Source: a virus
Taxonomy: Duplodnaviria; Heunggongvirae; Uroviricota; Caudoviricetes
Direction: 5' to 3' (one strand)
Virus record (IMG/VR): IMGVR_UViG_2802429251_000001
Length of the DNA: 20,174 nucleotides
The notes under the pieces are model-generated. The model was not told the DNA's origin. It did no database searches and saw only the letters and a list, made by a program, of their open reading frames with translations. Positions 16,434-20,174 of the stretch are shown here, in pieces; position 1 is the stretch's first letter; each line of letters opens with the position of its first letter. A program made the translations under genes and the position numbers.

Positions 16434-16733
16434 ATGACAGTAGTCATTACATATCTGGCTGACGATAACGCCAGAAATCGCCGCAGAGCACGCAGACAGG
16501 CTCAACGTGAACAGGCAATGCAAGAGCAGCGACTGGCGCGAAAAATTGCGCTAAAGCTCTCTGGTTGCGTCAGAGCAGATAAAGCAGCATCACTCGGAAG
16601 CCTTCGCTGCAAGAAGGCAGAAGAAGTCGAGCGTAAACAGAATCGTATTTACTACCGCAAGCCACGCAGTGAAATGGGTGTGACTTGTGTTGGTCGCCAG
16701 AAAATGAAATTAGGCAGCAAACCACTTATTTGA
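16434..16733 (+). CDS. N: N-like early antiterminator
   Basis: 99 aa with N-terminal arginine-rich motif (DNARNRRRARRQAQREQ). GGAGG RBS 5 nt upstream. First gene after PL and nutL. Confidence 0.8.
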   Translation: MTVVITYLADDNARNRRRARRQAQREQAMQEQRLARKIALKLSGCVRADKAASLGSLRCKKAEEVERKQNRIYYRKPRSEMGVTCVGRQKMKLGSKPLI

Positions 16734-16741
16734 GGTGAGAT

Positions 16742-16993
16742 ATGGAGTTTCATGAAAGTGCGATTTGTGATTTTCGCGCTAACGCAAATTCAGTAAAACC
16801 ACAGCCAATTGCAGTTCTTTTTAAAACAATGGGTGCGTGGGCTGTTTTATGCTTCGCCTCTGATGACACTGACGCAAGAATGGCAATAGGCCAAGAGATG
16901 GAGATGGACCCGACAAACGATGAATTCATAATTTATGGCGCTCCATCTAATTACTTACTTGATACCTGCAACATTTACAACAAGGCTGCCTGA
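16742..16993 (+). CDS. Hypothetical protein (early-left accessory gene)
   Basis: 83 aa ORF with GAGGTGAG RBS, 8 nt after the N stop. Net acidic. No family recognised. Confidence 0.5.
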   Translation: MEFHESAICDFRANANSVKPQPIAVLFKTMGAWAVLCFASDDTDARMAIGQEMEMDPTNDEFIIYGAPSNYLLDTCNIYNKAA

Positions 16994-17032
16994 TGGCGGC
17001 CTTTATTTTTGGCATAAACAACAGAGGCTAAC

Positions 17033-17323
17033 ATGGAATTTAAAGATACTGAAGGTAAGTGGGAAATAATGATGGATGGCGATGAGATTAAAATCATCCA
17101 GGCAGACTCTCTTGAAAATGGCACAGGCTGGCGTTCGTATATTGCAATCTGTGAGGAAGTTCAATGCATTGAAGATGCCAATCTAATAGCGGCAGCACCT
17201 GACCTTTTAAATGCCCTGAAAGCGATGCTAAACAAGGCATACAAGCAAAACTGGAACGACCATTATCCTGATGAAGTATCGAAAGCACAGTCAGCAATTA
17301 GCAAAGCTCTTGGAGATGAGTAA
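17033..17323 (+). CDS. Hypothetical acidic protein (early-left accessory gene)
   Basis: 96 aa ORF with AGAGG RBS. By my count about 19 Asp/Glu versus about 9 Lys/Arg. AT-rich by eye. Stop overlaps the next start (TAATG). Confidence 0.55.
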   Translation: MEFKDTEGKWEIMMDGDEIKIIQADSLENGTGWRSYIAICEEVQCIEDANLIAAAPDLLNALKAMLNKAYKQNWNDHYPDEVSKAQSAISKALGDE

Positions 17324-17511
17324 TGAAAGTAAAAATAACTGCTTCCAATACCAGTTTTGTTAGTGTTGGTGATATTACAGAAGTAATAACGAATCATGAT
17401 GGAACACAAGTTATGTGGTCTGATTTTTGTAAAAGATATGAGCGAGTTAGTTGGTGTAAAAACACATGGGGAGTCGAATACGAAGAATTACCTGAAATTC
17501 ATGACGAATAA
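17323..17511 (+). CDS. Hypothetical protein (early-left accessory gene)
   Basis: 62 aa ORF coupled to the preceding gene, GGAGATGAG RBS, AT-rich by eye. Followed by a stable hairpin and then an intrinsic terminator. Confidence 0.55.
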   Translation: MKVKITASNTSFVSVGDITEVITNHDGTQVMWSDFCKRYERVSWCKNTWGVEYEELPEIHDE

Positions 17512-17606
17512 GCACTGTGTATTCATTCCAACGAGTGAATACACGGAGCAATGTCGCTCGTAACTAAACAGGAGCCGACTTGTTCTGATTATTGGAAATC
17601 TTCTTT

Positions 17607-17631
17607 GCCCTCCCGTGTGAGGGCTTTTTTA
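17607..17631 (+). terminator. Intrinsic terminator in the early-left operon (tL-like)
   Basis: GCCCTC-CCGTGT-GAGGGC hairpin followed by TTTTTT. Confidence 0.6.
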
Positions 17632-17696
17632 TATGCATACCAATAACGCTTCACTTGAGGCGTTTTCGTTATGCAATCAAACAGAAGGAGCATCCT

Positions 17697-17867
17697 ATGC
17701 AACAGTTCGCTATTGCAGGGGCGGCATCGGTTCGCCCTTTCAACCCGATTTTATCGGTGCAGCATTCACGAAAAAACATTTTAACCGGAGCAGATTTTAA
17801 ACAACCAAGAATGAAAAGTTTGCTCGAAAAGCTTTGGGATATTTTGAAACAACAAGGCCGTCCATGA
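17697..17867 (+). CDS. cIII-like protein (putative FtsH inhibitor)
   Basis: 56 aa from ATG 17697 (AAGGAG RBS 6 nt upstream): MQQFAIAGAASV...SLLEKLWDILKQQGRP, resembling recalled lambda cIII (MQYAIAGWPVAG...SLLERITRKLRDGWKRLIDILNQPG). The track ORF 17592..17867 is an extension across the terminator. Confidence 0.5.
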   Translation: MQQFAIAGAASVRPFNPILSVQHSRKNILTGADFKQPRMKSLLEKLWDILKQQGRP

Positions 17868-17971
17868 GTTTTACAGATAACTGGTCAGACGAAGAATTCA
17901 TTCGTCAGATGAACAAAATGCTCAATCAGCACAAAGAACAGGAGAAAGATGATGATTCTGACTCTGAATGA
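17864..17971 (+). CDS. Small hypothetical ORF (35 aa)
   Basis: Found by hand: MSFTDNWSDEEFIRQMNKMLNQHKEQEKDDDSDSE. ATG overlaps the cIII-like stop (ATGA). Occupies the slot of lambda kil but shows no similarity I can recognise. Confidence 0.3.
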   Translation: MSFTDNWSDEEFIRQMNKMLNQHKEQEKDDDSDSE

Positions 17972-18260
17972 TAAGTGTGAAATATCGCAAATCATCGCAA
18001 GTTTTACTGATGAAGATTACGAACGAATCAACAGTGAAGTTGATCGCCTCTGCAAACGTTGCGACCCAATAAGCGAAATGCTTCGCTCATATAAACCAGA
18101 TGAACACACTAAGGACGCTATCGACTGGCTGGAAGATGATGACTGTAACTATCAGGAAAAAGCCGCTGAATGGTTCTGGGATGCAATAACCGAAAGAGTT
18201 AAGGCTGAATATGCCTTCGCAATATTCAAACGCAGACACATTTTTGGAGAAGCAGCATGA
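17949..18260 (+). CDS. Hypothetical protein upstream of recT
   Basis: 103 aa ORF with GGAG RBS; stop overlaps the recT start (ATGA). No family recognised; too small to be a RecE/lambda-Exo-type exonuclease. Confidence 0.55.
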   Translation: MMILTLNDKCEISQIIASFTDEDYERINSEVDRLCKRCDPISEMLRSYKPDEHTKDAIDWLEDDDCNYQEKAAEWFWDAITERVKAEYAFAIFKRRHIFGEAA

Positions 18261-19159
18261 GCAATATCGTTGAATTCGTTAAACAGCAAGAGCAGTTATT
18301 CTGCGGAGCATTGACTGAACAGACGGTGACATGGGCTAAGGAAAGCCAGTTTGCAATTCAGTATTTCCAGAAAAACGATTACCTGGCTAAAACGGCACTG
18401 GCAAATCCAACCAGCGCACAGAACGCCATCATCAATGTTGCGGCGATCGGCATCACCTTAAACCCGGCCAGCAAACTTGCTTATCTGGTTCCGCGCGACG
18501 GCATGGTTTGCCTTGATATCAGCTATATGGGATTACTTCACCTTGCACAGTCGACAGGATCAATTAAGTGGGGGCAATGCAAACTGGTGTACTCAAACGA
18601 CACCTATGAATCAAACGGCCTTGATTCAGCACCAACCCACAAATACAACGCATTTGGTGAGCGAGGCTCTATTGTTGGTGGTTATTGTACGGTTAAAACA
18701 GCAGATGGTGACTACCTGACTGAAGAAATGAGTCTGGCAGAAATTAAAGCTGTGGAAGCAACGAGCAAGGCAAAGAATGGACCGTGGAAGACATTCTGGG
18801 AAGAGATGGCGCGTAAAACCATAGTTAAACGCGCCAGCAAATACTGGCCTAAAGCCCAGCGACTGGATAATGCCATTCACCTGCTTAACGAAGATGAAGG
18901 TATGCATCAGGAACCAGTTATGCCGCACAAATCAGAGGAAGATATCCGCGAAGATGAACGGAAACGCCAGCAGGAAATAATGGATAAAGCACAACTTCTT
19001 TGCGATGAAATGGCTCAGGCAGAAAACATGGATGATTTGAAGCGATATTTTGCAGAAGCATATCGCCTGACATCTGGAATGAAATTGCAGCAGAACGTAC
19101 AAGCCATTTACATAGAATGCAAAGCGAAACTGGAGGTTGCCAGTGAGCAAACTGTATGA
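18257..19159 (+). CDS. recT: RecT-family single-strand annealing recombinase
   Basis: 300 aa; motif KNGPWKTFWEEMARKTIVKRASKYWP parallels Rac RecT (NNGPWVTHWEEMAKKTAIRRLFKYLP). GGAGAAG RBS. Confidence 0.9.
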   Translation: MSNIVEFVKQQEQLFCGALTEQTVTWAKESQFAIQYFQKNDYLAKTALANPTSAQNAIINVAAIGITLNPASKLAYLVPRDGMVCLDISYMGLLHLAQSTGSIKWGQCKLVYSNDTYESNGLDSAPTHKYNAFGERGSIVGGYCTVKTADGDYLTEEMSLAEIKAVEATSKAKNGPWKTFWEEMARKTIVKRASKYWPKAQRLDNAIHLLNEDEGMHQEPVMPHKSEEDIREDERKRQQEIMDKAQLLCDEMAQAENMDDLKRYFAEAYRLTSGMKLQQNVQAIYIECKAKLEVASEQTV

Positions 19160-19625
19160 AATAGCCAATGAATACGCAAAGCTGATGGATTCAGATTTAG
19201 AGCCAGAGATGATTGCTGACACAATAGAAGGCATGGAAGGAGAATTCACCGATAAAATAGAGCAACTTCTTGCTATTATTAAAAATGAATCTGGTTATGC
19301 TGAACGCCTCAAGGAAGAGGCAAAGTCACTAAATGAGCGAGCCGCAGTAATTCAAAATAAGATTGACAGCATTATGGCGTATATAGCGTCATCGCTTGAA
19401 ATGGTTGGCAAGAAAAAGATTCGAGCAGGTATTCACCAGGTAACAATCCGCAAACCGTCAGAAACTGTAGAAATCATCGACTCAAGCGCCCTTCCTCCTG
19501 AATACGTTGAGTTTGAAACGACAATTAAAGCCGACAAACTGGCAATCAAACACCAACTAAAAGCAGGAATAAATATCCCCGGCGCTCAACTCAAAGTTGG
19601 GAAGCCTTCACTTCTTATCAAATAA
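19143..19625 (+). CDS. Gp157-like protein (Siphovirus Gp157 family, putative)
   Basis: Track ORF starts at a TTG; I prefer GTG 19143, 6 nt after GGAGG (VSKLYEIANEYAKLM...). Coiled-coil-like N-terminus and position right after recT fit the Gp157 family as I recall it. Confidence 0.5.
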   Translation: MSKLYEIANEYAKLMDSDLEPEMIADTIEGMEGEFTDKIEQLLAIIKNESGYAERLKEEAKSLNERAAVIQNKIDSIMAYIASSLEMVGKKKIRAGIHQVTIRKPSETVEIIDSSALPPEYVEFETTIKADKLAIKHQLKAGINIPGAQLKVGKPSLLIK

Positions 19626-19636
19626 CGGTATCGACT

Positions 19637-19951
19637 ATGAAAAAGACTCCATGGGAGAAATGGGAAGTCGATTTCTTGCGCGAAGTGGCGGCGACAATGC
19701 CAGTTGAAGTTATCGCTGAAAAACTGGAAAGGACTGAAAAAGCAGTAATGGCGAAAGCAACAAGGATTGGCGCTGACATTGTTAGCCGACTTCGTGGAAG
19801 ACGATGGACAAGAGCCGAAGTATCACTTTTCGGTAAGTTCTCCGCAGAAGAAATAGCAATTGCAACCTGCCGCTCAATTTATTCAGTAAGGGCTATGCGA
19901 TACAAGCTAAAAAAACTCGATGAAGAGAGAGCAGGAATACGAATAAATTAA
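19637..19951 (+). CDS. Hypothetical protein
   Basis: 104 aa ORF in the same operon direction; weak RBS. No family recognised. Confidence 0.45.
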   Translation: MKKTPWEKWEVDFLREVAATMPVEVIAEKLERTEKAVMAKATRIGADIVSRLRGRRWTRAEVSLFGKFSAEEIAIATCRSIYSVRAMRYKLKKLDEERAGIRIN

Positions 19952-19967
19952 CAAAGAGGAATTTACC

Positions 19968-20174
<207 letters not shown>

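Overview
This window reads as the central part of a lambdoid (lambda-like) phage or prophage, in reverse orientation to the conventional lambda map. All calls rest on reading the sequence and ORF track by eye and on recalled protein and DNA sequences; no searches or computations were run.

From left to right:
- Head/packaging module, minus strand (1-6141): ClpP-like prohead protease fused to a capsid-type region (partial), portal, gpW-like protein, GpA-family large terminase, small terminase.
- Probable cos region (about 6295-6345), then a roughly 600 bp interval with convergent terminators.
- Lysis cassette, minus strand (6957-8099): Rz with embedded Rz1, phage-21-type SAR endolysin, dual-start class II holin.
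- Late control region (8100-8534): lambda-like pR' promoter with a promoter-proximal terminator.
- Q and nin region, minus strand (8535-11492): Q, NinH, RusA, YbcO-like, NinF, NinD, NinB and two unassigned ORFs.
- Replication module, minus strand (11570-14418): primase-helicase and a lambda-O-like initiator carrying an internal iteron/AT-rich origin.
- Immunity region (14568-16115): lambda-like cII and oop RNA, nutR, P22-type cro and c2 repressor with OR and OL operators, nutL.
- Early-left operon, plus strand (16434-20117): N-like antiterminator, three small AT-rich unassigned ORFs, cIII-like gene, RecT, Gp157-like protein and further small ORFs.

I found no CRISPR array, tRNA, integrase, toxin cargo or recognisable defence system. 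The most plausible places for undescribed accessory functions are the three-gene cassette after N, the cos-Rz interval, and small ORFs wedged into the replication and nin modules; all are flagged as hypotheses.
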